The notes below the pieces were generated by a model. It was not told the DNA's origin and did not search any database. It saw nothing but the letters and a program-made list of their open reading frames with translations. Position numbers and translations under genes: made by a program. A DNA stretch of 64,000 bases from Utricularia gibba. Taxonomy: Eukaryota; Plantae; Magnoliophyta. The stretch is taken from the NCBI GenBank assembly GCA_002189035.1, contig NEEC01000014.1, positions 1 to 64,000 on the forward strand, read 5' to 3'. Shown in pieces: positions 36,654 through 51,222 of the stretch. Within the stretch, counting starts at the first letter, position 1. The number at the start of each line of letters is the position of its first letter.

Positions 36654-37885
36654 TTCGGATCGGACTCGCTAGCCTCCCAAGTCCCAACCCCAACTCAGTA
36701 AGGAAACTTTTTTTTTTTTTTTCAATAGATGGAACTTGGGTGTGAAATGTGAAACGGGACGGATTAGGGCATATTTACCCCAATCGAAAGTAAATATCTT
36801 TTCCTCAACAGGGTGTCATTTTGTTTAATTTACACGGCGGCGTTTCTTTTCTTTGTTTTGTCTGAAGTTGGGATGGTGGAAGCACCGACGACATCGTCGA
36901 CGACAATAGGAGCACGTAAGTAAAAGATTCAGCCCAGCCATGCACACGCTTATGAGAGTAGTTTGTAGGCACAAGGTTAGGAATCCTTGAAATTGGTATG
37001 AGAAATCCCTTTTTTATTCCCACTACAGCTCCAATCCCCACCCTCCCCTTTCCGTTTGTGCTTACCAACCAGTCCCAGTAAAATGCTTATTCCTACGTAT
37101 GCAAGGATGAAAACTGATTCAGGATTCAATTTAAATCGTACCTGATCTTCTTCATCGGCAGAATCACGAGATAGATTACTCCAGGCAATGCTGAAGTAGG
37201 GCCATGACTAGTTGGACACTTGACTAACGCTGAAGTAGAAGACTTGGAAAATCACCAGGCCATAAGTTACCCTGCGAAGAGTGTTGCTGGTGGAGCACTC
37301 TTAGCAGCTGTCCAGGGTGGAGTACTGGAATTGGTTAGTTATGACCATTGAGCTCAGATTCCAAACTATCTATTTTCTTTGTTGTCGGAAAGAACAAGGC
37401 CATGGCTGCATTGTGGTGGGGCTGTCAGTGCTGGGCATCATTAACATTGCCCCCGCAGCCTGTAGTGTTGGCCAAAGAATGAAGGAGGCTTAAGGATGTG
37501 AAGAAGCTAGGTTTCTATTGACAATTCATAACTCCGGGGTAGTTCAAGAAGGCTGTCGAGTGCAGGCAAGCATACACTCAAATATTCCCAAGTACCCGCA
37601 TTGCATGGCATTGCTTCACTGATTGAGATCTCCCCCCTTATTCCAGACCTGATTGAGATGCCATCAGATGAATATTCCGAAGCCTGTTGAAGTTGGTTAT
37701 TGGGAAAGATGAATTTATAGCGATGCAAGATGCATGGGTCAGGTTTGGGCCTGGGGGGCGGTCCACCTCCATTGAAAGAAAATGATGAGCTTCTTAATAA
37801 TATTATGGTGTACTAATTTCCATAGTAATGCAGCCAGCAGTCCCGTCCGGCGATTGCGAGCTGCAAACTTTTCATGTGGGGCGAA

Positions 37886-37888
<3 letters not shown>

Positions 37889-37932
<44 letters not shown>
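37889..37932. repeat. (GA)22 microsatellite
   Basis: Directly visible. Confidence 0.95.
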
Positions 37933-37938
<6 letters not shown>

Positions 37939-39163
37939 GCACGTCCATAGCTGGTTTTATGGACGGGTCTGGATCCAGAATTGAAATCGGATGGGCCACA
38001 TATATGTATGTATGTGTAACTGTAGGATGAGGGAGGGGGACCAGTACCACACACCATCTATCTGCTTTCTTATAGGAAAGCAAAAGCTTTTCCATTTCAT
38101 GCCCCTTTTTGAAGCACATATGAAGGAAGCTGAGGGAGTTTGGAAGGAGGGGATCTTTTTCTACAGCAGCCAGCAGCGAGGATGTGCGACAATCAAAAGG
38201 AAAGAAAGTGGTATGCATGATGTTTGTTATGTGGGTAGAGGGTGAATCATTTTCTCGGTTTGACAATCTGGATGGACGCCTTTTTGGCGGTTGGTAGGGT
38301 GTTGGTGGTGGCGGGGCTCCCCCACCCTACTCCCAAAAACAACATACCGTATGATCATACCATAGAACATCGACCTGTTGTGAGGAGTCCGATTATGCAT
38401 GTATATGCTGTTGTTGCGACAGATGCAGATGAAATATTGTTATGTTGCCTGAACAAGTTGAGTCGATGGGTGGAACTACGCACCATCATTCCCCTGACAG
38501 CAACATCACCAGATATACGAGTCCATTAACAAGTCTTCAAGGCGCTTCCAGCTGCTCGCATACCAAGAAAACAAAAGTAATCAGGGTGCTTCTTCTTCTT
38601 CTTCTTCCTCTTTTATATAAATAGAGAGAGAGAACACCAACATATTTTCTCTTGTACGGTCGTCATCCCATTCTATTCGATCCATGGGGAAGATAGATGA
38701 ATACCCCCATTCCATTCCAAGATTACCCACCCTTGTTTTTCGTTCTCCAAATGGTTCCCATGCCTCATGGTGGGAAAAGAAGATAGATATTGATAGGCAG
38801 TGTGCAGCGATGTACCTCCCTCCATCCTGGGATCTTAGTACCATCCCGATCCCGATCCCATCCCACGCTCTGGCTTTCAAGATCGTCCCAGCATCGGGGA
38901 GGCTTCTCCAAATTCCTTATTTCTTTCTTTCTTCTTGTGTGGCTGTGGCGACAGCCTCGCCAGTCACCAGTAAATGTAAAATCCGTATTTTTTAAAAGTG
39001 AGTAAAGCTGACATTTTTTTTGTTTTTTTTAACACAAGGAAAGATAAAAAAAAAAGGACCAAGGACACCGTGGCTCCTACACACACACACACTAACTAAA
39101 CGACTTCTCCTCCGATGGTGCTCCACTCCACCTCCACGCCCGCATAGATTCCCCCCCTCCAAC

Positions 39164-41924
39164 ATGGGCTGCGCCGCCTCTAAGCTCCATGAATCGCCGC
39201 CGGTGGCTCTCTGCCGTCACCGCTGCGCTTTTCTCGACGATGCTCTCCGATACCGCCTCGCTCTCGCTCAGTCGCATGTGGCTTACCTCAATTCCCTCGA
39301 CGCTCTCGGCGTATCCCTTCACCGCTTTCTCCACCTGCAGCGGGATCTCGATGGGCCCTCTTCCCCCCTTCTCAAACTCCCCACAAAGGCGAAAGGGGAG
39401 CCTGATTCGCCGGAGAGGATTGGGCACCATCTTCAGTCGCTGTCGCATTCTGGGTCCCATCTCCACTTTCACTCAGACTCGGATTCTTTCCACCATCTTG
39501 ATGATGAGATACCGCCGGAGATTCACGAGCATTGGCACCCTTACGGCGGCGGTGCTCCAAGTTACGGCGATTCCTTGTTAAATTTCCGTGGGGACGGCGG
39601 CGACGTAGCCTTCATGAGAATCAATTACATGAAAGCCCAAGCCACCGCCTCCGTAGCTTATTCTCAGAAGCCCGTTGGCGCCGCCACTGTCCGTGTTGAT
39701 GACTCCTCTCTTTCTCTCAATTCCAAGTACGTTGATGTTGATGAAAACCGAAATCGGATTAATCCTCCACCGTATATCAGCGGGTATTCAGATTACCGTG
39801 GTGCAGGAGATGGGCATTCTATAAAACATCAGGCGGCCCCGCCACCGCCTCCTCCTCCTCCTACATCGACGTGGGATTTCTTAAACCCATTCGAAGCATT
39901 CGACAGGTATTACATTCCTTACGGCAACGACTTCAAGGAGATTCGCGAGGAAGAAGGGATTCCTGATCTGGAGGATGAGGATGAGGAAGTGGTGAAGGGA
40001 GTCGATGGAGATCGGAAGGATGTTAGTAGTCAAACCAGTAGCAGTCACTCAAAGACGGCGGCGCCTGAGGAACAGCATCCTGCCGTCATTAATGCAGATC
40101 GTGAAGCGGGTCCAAGTGATGCAGCGGGAGAGCACAATTTGCTCAATGACGACGAAAGTTACCGAAACAGCAGAGTAAATTCTTCTGCGGTGAAAGCTCG
40201 TGGGCGTGGTGAAATCAAGGACGATTTGGACGCCGTAAAAGTGTTAGAAACCCAATTTCTCCATGCTTCGGAGTCTGGGAAGGAGATTTCTGAGTTTCTC
40301 GATGTCGGAAATGTTCCATATAAACACAAGAAGGGCGGCAGCCTCCTTGTACATGGTAAAGATTCGATCTTTTAATTTTGACAAGCGTCCTCAAAAGTGA
40401 TAATTTCCAGTTTCCTTGCATCACGTCACAGCTCCCAGTCCGAAGAAGATACTGCATCTGCATCTACCAGGGCTGTTGAAATCGGGGGGGTCTAAAAACC
40501 AAGATTCCGAGATGGATCAACACAGGCCTAAAAACCTTTCTTCCACTTTACACGAGATCTATCTCTGGGAGAGAAAGCTGTATGAAGAAGTGAAGGTGCA
40601 AAAGAGTTATTCGCCTCCTTTCTTTCTCTCCTTTTGTCTAGGCGTATCTTTTGGTGGGGCTGCAATATTCTCTGCTTTTAAATCCTTTTGGACAATTGTA
40701 GTTGTTCCATTATGCCTTCACGTTGCACCGACAGTTTTGTGCTGGTCCCCAATCCACATTTGCTACCAAGAAAGATGTAGTAGTTTTCTTGTGTTCCACA
40801 GGGTATCAATGCTCTTTAATTCCCACGTCCATACTTGTACGGTTTCACGTCAAGTGACATTTTCTCAGCAAGTTCTTCCTCCACGGTGATTTTTTGACCT
40901 TTTTTGGTTCATTTAGGCCGAGGAGAAAACTAGAGTTTTACACCATCGGAAATCTGTAAAGCTCCAGGATTTAGACAGGAATGGCGCTGAGGCCAACAAA
41001 GTTGATGCGACCAGAAGTTTAGTGAGAAGCCTGTCCACCAAGATGAACATTGCGATTCAGGTTGTTGATAGAATCTCAATGAAGATCAACATGCTCAGAG
41101 ATGAGGACCTGTACCCGCAGCTTTATGAATTCATCCACAGGTATACATCCCAGTCCTTCATCCAAGACTACGTACTACTGTCTGCCTACATTGGTGGTGT
41201 TTCGTTTCGAATGGGTTCCTAATGTGGTGGCTTGGTGTGTGGGTTGAACAGGCTAACGAGGATGTGGAAATCCATGCTTGAATGCCATCGTTCGCAGCGA
41301 GAAGCACTCGAGGAATCAAAGGGACTTGACCCCCTTGCCCCTCAGTTGGAAGCCATTTCTCAGTTTCAGCAGGATCTAATTACCTGGGCGATGGCGTTTT
41401 CAGACTGGTTCACCGCCCAAAGATCCTTCGTGCATTCCTTGAACAACTGGCTCCTGAAGTGCATTCTCTATATTCCGGAAGGAACTCCTGATGGTCCAGC
41501 TCCGTTTTCTCCAGGGCGGATGGGAGCTCCTCATGTTTTCGTTGTTTGCAACCATTGGTCCCAACTACTGGACACTGTTTCAGAGTATCAAGTAGTGGAG
41601 TCGATGCAGGAGCTCGCGAGAAATGTGCTTCAACTATGGCATCGTCAGGATGACAAGGGAAATAAAGAAATCCAAGCCATGGAGAAGAGAATCATGCAGA
41701 TTCGTGTAGGGGGCGGAGCTGGTCGTGCTGTATATCAAAGCGAGACCAGCAAAACAGGGAGCATCCAGGCCAGCCTGCACCGACTTGTGGAGGCAATGGA
41801 GAAATTTACAGCCGATTCTTTGAAAGCGTACGAAGAGCTTTTGCAGCGGATCACAGATGTCACTGCTGCTGCTGCTGCTGCTCCTCCTACTACTACCATC
41901 ACCTTACAACAAAATTCTTCTTAA
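39164..41924 (+). CDS. DUF630/DUF632 protein (NRG2/APSR1/REL2-like family), 4 exons
   Basis: MGCAASKL..VALCRHRCAFL..RYRLALAQSHVAYLNSL (DUF630), PPPPP..STWDFLNPF, LSSTLHEIYLWERKLYEEVK, KINMLRDEDLYPQL, LTRMWKSMLECHRSQ, LNNWLLKCI..PFSPGRMGAP (DUF632). Confidence 0.9.
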
Positions 41925-42303
41925 AATCTCTGCCGCTGACAAAATCCGCGTCATTCTTGGCCAACAACAATAAATGAGTCATTTGTAAATGTGGGAAATT
42001 CATGGCCTTGGCTTCTCACCACACCCGACACCACCAATGCTGATTTATAAATTTCTACAATCTATCATACACTAAGGTGGGCCTGTACGGCCCATGTTTC
42101 CAATCCATTAACAATCTCGGAATTCGGAATATCCTGGCCTGGCCTGGCCTGCCTCCCTGCCTCGACGAACGCTTATCCGCGATAGGGTTACACGTGGGAA
42201 TGTTCATACGGTCAGCCCGGTTTCGGAGCCCCTAATCTCCACTTCCGACCAGGTCGGTAGGTATCCGGCGTTGAACCCTCAATCAGCGAGACACTCCACA
42301 GAA

Positions 42304-43587
42304 ATGCTGTTTTCATCCGCGATAGCCGCATCGCCGCATGCCTTTTTACCGAGGGTTGCCTCATCGCCTTCTCACCGTGGACTTCGGTGCTCCCTCGCTC
42401 CGGTTCCGGCTGCATTTGATCTGAAGACGTACTGGACGGATCTGATTAAGGAAGTCAATCAGAAACTCGATGAGGCGATACCGGTTCAGTACCCGCAACA
42501 GATATACGAGGCAATGCGCTACTCTGTTCTCGCCAAAGGCGCTAAAAGAGCGCCGCCTGTTATGTGCGTGGCTTCCTGTGAGCTCTTCGGAGGAAACCGG
42601 CTCTCCGCCTTCCCCACCGCCTGCGCTCTTGAAATGGTTTTCTTCTTTCCTTGTCAGAATTCCATCCCATCTTGGCGGCAACTGCGCAATTATCTTCAAA
42701 GGGAGATTCATCATATTACCTTATTGATTAATTTGGACTCTTCAACAAGCATTCTCTTCGAGCACGCTATGTGTAAATCCATTTATGGATTAAACATGAT
42801 CATTACTTGGCATTAGAGGATACCTAGTTAAACACATTTCAACAAAGTATTGTTGGAGTATTGATTCTCATCTTTTTTGTGGTGTTTTCTCTTACTCTCT
42901 TGCTCTTTTTCCTTCCCACAGGTTCACTCGGCTTCACTGATTCATGATGACTTGCCGTGCATGGATGATGACCCGTCGAGGCGAGGCCAACCTTCCAACC
43001 ACACAGTTTTTGGGGAGGACATGGCGATATTAGCTGGGGATGCTCTGTTCCCCCTTGGTTTCAAGCACATCGTTTCCCACACTCCAGCTGATCTTGTACC
43101 TGAGACTCGACTCCTTCGTGTCATTGCCGAGATCGCAAGGGCAGTGGGATCAACCGGAATGGCTGCTGGTCAGTTCATTGATCTTGAGGGTGGACCAAAT
43201 GCAGTGGACTTCGTTCAAGAAAAAAAATTCGGTGAAATGGGGCAGTGCTCAGCTGTATGCGGTGGCTTGCTGGCTGGTGCGACAGAGGATGAGCTTCAGT
43301 ACCTGAGGAACTATGGTCGTGCCGTTGGAGTCCTGTATCAGGTAGTGGATGACATATTGGAAGCAAATGCAAAGAAGGAGACGACCCAGGGGGAAAGCAG
43401 CAAAAGAAAAGGCAAAAGCTATGTTTCGGTATATGGTGTAGACAAGGCAATGCAGGTTGCTGAGGACTTGAGGTCTCAGGCTAAGCGAGAATTGGCGAAG
43501 CTGGACAAGTATGGAGACCAGGTTCTTCCTTTATACAGCTTTGTTGATTATGCTGCAGACAGAGGGTTTAGTTTTGCCCCTGAGTAA
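42304..43587 (+). CDS. GGR: Heterodimeric geranyl(geranyl) diphosphate synthase small subunit type II (SSU-II / GGR-like), plastid, 2 exons
   Basis: Transit peptide, AKGAKRAPPVMCVASCELFGG (CxxxC), intact FARM DDLPCMDDD, second CxxxC (QCSAVC), degenerate SARM DDILE. Intron at ~42636-42921. Confidence 0.9.
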
Positions 43588-44384
43588 CCGTTGGATGTTT
43601 TGTAACGTATGCACCCTCTTGTGGTAACCGTGTTTGCATGCGAATGGGGAAGATCCCAGATATCAAATCAACCATATACGGACCAAAATACTCTTATTTT
43701 CGTACAGCTGATGAACAGCATTCTGGACAGTATGCATGAAAATCAGCAAAGCGCCACCTGATCATAAAAATGCTTCTCTCTCCTCTGCTGGCGGAGAAAG
43801 TCTAGTTACATGCCCCCATCTTATTGCAGCATAAAGAAGGGGCATTATATAGGCTGGCATCATTATTCAATGGGCTTAGACTTGTATCCGCCAGGAACAG
43901 GATCCTGCGTGTGGAGCCCCATAAATGGTGTCCGGCGGCTAACCTGGCTTCCTACCGATGCAATGCAACAACAAATGCAAACGTGAGGTGCAAACTTGAA
44001 GAACTTCCTGGTACTTTCTCTCCGCCACATCCTGAACACACACCAGAGAAGAAAAATGCAACTTGTTTTACTGCGATAGCTGTTTAATATAAAGTGACAA
44101 AAGATGCCAGCCACATCGAGATGGCCATGTGGTGGGTATCTCTCTAACTGCACAAAAAAATCTTCTAGATCCTGCTATTCAGCTTAATAAAAATAGTTTG
44201 GATGATTGGTTTTATATTTTACAAAAGTGTCTGTGTCATTTCATTATACGACTCCTTGATGTCACTCATGACGTTGTACTCATCCCTTCTTCTCTCTTTC
44301 CTTGTTTTCGTCCTACTCATCTGTATATAACACCAGACACGGCGGCGGATAAGCGACAAGGAACTGCGGCTTGCGCTTGACAAG

Positions 44385-45980
44385 ATGGAAATGGAGGAAG
44401 AGGTGGTGATAGTCGGTGCTGGTGTTGCTGGCCTTGCTACTGCCCTGGGACTTCACAGGTATGCAGTGCAATGCAACCCGTACTCTACCTAATTTAGTTC
44501 TTGCCGCTTTAATATGGTGGATCCATTAGACTGGGGATTCGGAGTTTGGTTCTCGAGTCCGCGGAGACACTGAGAGTTACCGGCTTCGCGTTTGGGTTCT
44601 GGAGCAATGCTTGGAAGGCCTTGGAAGCCTTGGGTGTTGCGGATCCTGTTAGGGACAGGCACCAGAGGCTCTTAGGGTAACCTTAACATTTTACCTTGAC
44701 AAGTAATATTACATTCTCCTGCTGACTCACTGCTATAACAGCCTTGTAGTCACATCCACAACCACGGGCCTTCAAGCATCGGAGATGATGCTCCCCGGGT
44801 AGCCGGGTAAGTGTTTGTGAAATTGCCTAACCGAACCCAAAGAATGCTTGCTACCTTCTGGCTTTTAGTGATGCTTCGTTTCATCAACAGGGGCACTCTG
44901 GAGGTGCGATGTGTTAATAGAAAGATTCTCCTGGAAATAATGGAAAAGGAACTCCCAAGGGACGCCATAAGGTACTCATCCAAGCTTGTAGACATACAGG
45001 TTGATGGTGCCACCAAGTCTCTCCTCCTTGCTGATGGAACTGTAATCAAAGCCAGGGTACGCTCTGTCACTTTGATGATTCGTACTTCAAAAGTCACATT
45101 TGGGTCGTAACGCTCTCTTTTTTTTTTTTGTGATGTTGATTAGGTGGTGATTGGAGCTGATGGAGTCAACTCTCCCGTGTCCAGGTTTTTGGGGTTGAGC
45201 AAGCCTGTTTCATCCGGTCGTTTCGCGATTAGAGGCTTCGTAAACTTTGAGGATGGTCATGGATTCGACATGAAATTCTTGCAGTTCGTGGGGGATGGGA
45301 TAAGACATGGGATCGTGCCCGCTGACGATCACTCTATCTATTGGTTTTGTTCCTACTCCCCTTCCTCTCAAGGTTCTAGTTGGATACATCTTGCACATTT
45401 TTTTTAGTTTTCATGGCATTAAAACAATCGGACCTCGTGATGGCATAAAATTGCATCAGATGAGCGAGAGATAGAGCATGATCCCGCCAAATTGAAGGAC
45501 TTCGCACTGAAGAAACTTGGAAAGGTGACGGAAAGGGTGAGGCAGGTAATTGAGAAGACGGATCTAAACTACATTATATCCACAGAGTTGAGATTCAGAC
45601 ATCCATGGGAGCTTCTATGGGGCAAGATAAGCAAAGACAATGTTTGTGTGATCGGAGACGCATTACACCCTATGACACCGGACCTCGGGCAAGGTGCGTG
45701 CTGCGCGCTGGAAGACAGTGTTGTGCTGGCCCGTTGCTTGGGGGAGGCAATGGGGGGGGAAGGTAAAGACGAATGTATTAGGAAGGGGATGGAGAAGTTT
45801 GCAAAGAAGAGAAGATGGAGAAGCTTCGAGTTGATAAGCTTGGCTTACTTGGTGGGACGAGTGCAGCAAGGTGGTGGAACTGCCATCAACTTTCTCAGGG
45901 ACATGTTTCTGGGCAAACTGTTGATGGGCATTGGAATCAGTAAGGCTGGATACGACTGCGGGAAGCTGGCATCCCCGTAA
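44385..45980 (+). CDS. FAD-dependent monooxygenase (MO1/MO2/MO3, CTF2-like), tandem copy A; apparent -1 frameshift at 44793-44799
   Basis: VVIVGAGVAGLATALGL (Rossmann GxGxxG), VIGADGVNS (DG motif), CVIGDALHPMTPDLGQGACCALED (GD motif). Six exons, collinear with copy B. Confidence 0.88.
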
Positions 45981-46788
45981 TGCATCATGGCGTGGGCGAA
46001 ACCTGTATCAATAAATAAACCATAAGAAATATGTATGTGTATATTATTGTGTGTGTGTGTGTTATGTGGAGCTATGTTTCAAACTCAGCCAATTAACCTG
46101 TGAGTTAAACAGGTTAATTGGTTTTCGGCAATTCACTGATTAATCAGATTTCAATTATTGGTTTTATATATAAATTTTTTAAAAAAATAATATAATATCC
46201 AATCAGGGTTTTAAGGGTGTGGATGTAATATGATAGATTACTTTGCTTTTATAAAAAAATTTACTTCAAAAAATATTTCGATTTGATAATTATGTAATTT
46301 GATTGAGTCAAAAACAATTACGATTTCTCTTGACTAATAAATTTCATGATTTATTTTTTATTTCCAAACGAATTTCCATATGTGATTTATTGTTAATGTG
46401 ATTTTTTTTGTATAATAAAGAAGGGAATGACTTCGATTATTATATTTTAGTAACTAAAATATGTGTTACAAAAATTAAATATATTAATTATTTTATTATT
46501 AGTGATGATTTAGTAAGCTTCAAAATAATATTTATTATTTATTAATTTTAGATTTGATCGATCAAGCTCGGGTTTTTAATTGGACCCGTTCCATACTTAT
46601 ATACCCAATTGAAAGTTGAAAACATAGATGGAGAGTGAATTGTGACTGGTTTAAAAAACTGGCCACCGCACACGTCACAACAAAGAAAGAGACAGCGTGT
46701 GTGGACCGGACCTACTACCACCACAAGAGGCTTCTAGAAATGAAGATGATCAGGTGTCCACTACCACCCGCCTGGCTGCCACGAGAAG

Positions 46789-46824
46789 ATGGAGATGGAG
46801 ATGGAGATGGAGATGGAGATGGAG
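46789..46824 (+). repeat. (ATGGAG)6 hexanucleotide microsatellite forming six in-frame start codons
   Basis: ATG at 46789, 46795, 46801, 46807, 46813 and 46819. Confidence 0.9.
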
Positions 46825-48435
46825 GAAGAGGTAGTTATAGTCGGTGCAGGCGTTGCAGGTCTAGCGACTTCCCTAGGACTACACCGGTATGCCATTTAAG
46901 CTAACAACTTGCAATGGAGGAAGAAATTTAAGCCTTAATTCTTTAGTACGATTGATCCATTAGACTGGGGATTCGGAGTCTGGTTCTGGAGTCCGCGGAG
47001 ACGCCCAGGGTCACTGGCTTCGCATTCGTCTTCTGGAGCAATGCTTGGAAAGCGTTGGAAGCCCTGGGCGTCGCGGATGCTGTCAGGGAAAAGCACCGAA
47101 GGCTTCTAGGGTAATCCTTCATCACTTAACCTGGATTAGTAACATCCAACTCCCACTCACTCTTTGTACCAATTCATTTGCTATAGCTTCGTAATTTCAT
47201 CCACATCAACGGGACTTCAAGCATCAGAGATGATGCTCCCGCAAGAGGCAGGGTATGTTTCACCGAGCTCGGTGGTTTATGCATGGCTTTTGGTGATGCA
47301 TACCTTCATTCGCAGGAGCACCCTGGAGGTACGATGTGTATACAGAAAGCTTCTCCTGGAAATACTGGAAGCGGAACTCCCCAGGAATACGATAAGGTAC
47401 TCGTCTAAGCTTGTTGACATACAAGTTGATGGCCCCACCAAGTCTCTTCTCCTTGCAGATGGAACCGTAATCAAGGCCAGGGTATGGTCTATAGCTTTAA
47501 TTGCACGCATTTACAGCATACACGTAACAGTCACATTTAAGGTTATAGAATATCCTGGTGGAAATGTCTCTGCTTTTTAATCTCTTGAATAGGTTGTGAT
47601 TGGGGCTGATGGACTTTACTCTCCGGTGGCCAAGTTTTTGGGTTTGAGCAAACCTGTGTCATCTGGTCGTTTCGCAATCAGGGGCTTTGTAAGCTTCGAG
47701 GATGGCCATGGACTCGAGATAAAATTTATGCTGTTCTTGGGGGATGGGATGCTGTATGGTGTAGTGCCCCTCGATGATCGCTCCATCTATTGGTTTTGTG
47801 CCTACGTTCCTTCCTCTGAAGGTTGTAGTTGCATTCGAACTTCTGATTTTCAGCTTCCATGTCATTGAAACAATCCGACCTCGTAACACGTCCCTTGGTA
47901 TAACATTGCATCAGATGAACGAGAGATTGAACAGGATGCTGTCAAACTGAAGGAATTCGCACTTCGGAGGCTTGGAAAAGTAACCGAGAGGGTGAGGCAG
48001 GTATTTGAGAAAACGGATCTAAACCACATTGCATGTACAGAGTTGAGATTTAGACATCCTTGGGGGCTTCTGTGGGGCAACATGTGCAAGGATGGTGTTT
48101 GTGTGATCGGAGACGCATTACATCCCATGACACCAGACCTTGGCCAAGGTGCGTGTTGCGCGCTAGAAGACAGTGTCGTGCTAGCGCGTTGCTTGGGCGA
48201 AGCAATGAAAGGGGGAGATGGGGATGAGAGGACAAACAAGGGGCTACACAAGTTTGTCAAGGAGAGAAGATGGAGAAGCTTTGAGATGGTAAGCTTGTCG
48301 TATCTGGTTGGACGAATGCAGCAAGGCAGTGGAGCTGTGCTCGGCTTCATTGGAGGTACTCTCTTGGGCAAACTCATGACGGCTATAAGACTCAGACAGA
48401 CCAGATATGATTGTGGGAAGTTGGCGTCTCAATGA
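46789..48435 (+). CDS. FAD-dependent monooxygenase (MO1/MO2/MO3, CTF2-like), tandem copy B, intact
   Basis: (ME)6-EEVVIVGAGVAGLA, VIGADGLYS, CVIGDALHPMTPDLGQGACCALEDSVVLARCL. Exon phases are consistent. TGA at 48433-48435. Confidence 0.9.
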
Positions 48436-48743
48436 TGTGTGGGAGTGCAAGGCCTGCCTGGATTCCTGCTGTATTGTTGTCCAACGGTGGCTTGCATATG
48501 AAGAACATCTCCGAGTGTGTTACAGCTGAACTCCGGTCTTATTTACGTTGCTTTCATCACCGAAGATTGTGTTTCAATTGATGTGACCACCACAAGTACA
48601 TTCAACGCATACGATACAAGGCTGACGAAACACGAATACCAGTAAGTTCAGGTAAAACATTACACCAACAGCGTTGAGAAACACAACAACAGGGACAAGA
48701 AATCTTGTCTTTTTCCAGATTATGGAGCTGGGGAAGCACCACC

Positions 48744-50574
<1,831 letters not shown>

Positions 50575-51175
50575 TCAACTCCAACGCAACGTAATCAGAA
50601 ATGGAGAGAAAAAAAGATGCTGCAGAGTGCAGAGTAAAAACATCAATTTGAGCAGCAGGTTGAACAAAGTAAAAAGGTGGGGAGGAATCTTCAGAATCAC
50701 GGGATCTGAAGGCAAGGCAAGCAAGCAAATATATTAAAAACCCTAGTGAGGAAGAGATTAAATACCTACCTCACGACACCAAACCCAACAACCACATTAA
50801 TTGTTGCTCCGATCCCACACACACGAAGGACGCCGCGAAGCAAGAACGGAAACACACACACACAATAGTGCCAGAGCGCAAGAGTGTGTAATCACGGAAG
50901 GTAAATTCGCAAGTATTGCGGCTGCAAGTTGCGACAGGCACAGAGCTGGCAACGGCGAGTAACGACGGGGTGTCAAAAAAGAGGAGGAAGTCGGCCAACT
51001 AAATTCCACGGCCAGCCATGGGCCGAGGGTTACAAGTATCGCCGCCGCGCTTGTCACTTGGCCGTTAAATTTATAATTGGAATTGCATCAACAATGATTT
51101 CCAGGTTTCCCCTCGTTTTATTGATTTATTTTTGTGTCTGTAAACTGACGTCGCGTGTGACTCCAAGTTTTGACA

Positions 51176-51222
51176 GGCCCCGGCCCGGCCCCGGCCCCGG
51201 CCCCTGCCCCTGCCCCTGCCCC
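51176..51222 (-). repeat. (GGGGCC/GGGGCA)n hexamer array, 8 G-tracts on the minus strand
   Basis: + strand reads ggcccc ggccc ggcccc ggcccc ggcccc tgcccc tgcccc tgcccc. Confidence 0.9.

Noticed and set aside
38280-38350. miR482/2118-like hairpin (tttttggcggttggtagggtg..caccctactcccaaaaa)
   Set aside because: The stem is only ~15 bp and interrupted, and there is no 21-22 nt duplex matching a known mature miRNA.
17209-48435. Biosynthetic gene cluster spanning BAHD, GDSL, GGPPS-SSU and the monooxygenases
   Set aside because: The genes are spread over 30 kb among housekeeping genes, there is no scaffold-forming enzyme, and the neighbourhood looks like ordinary conserved synteny.
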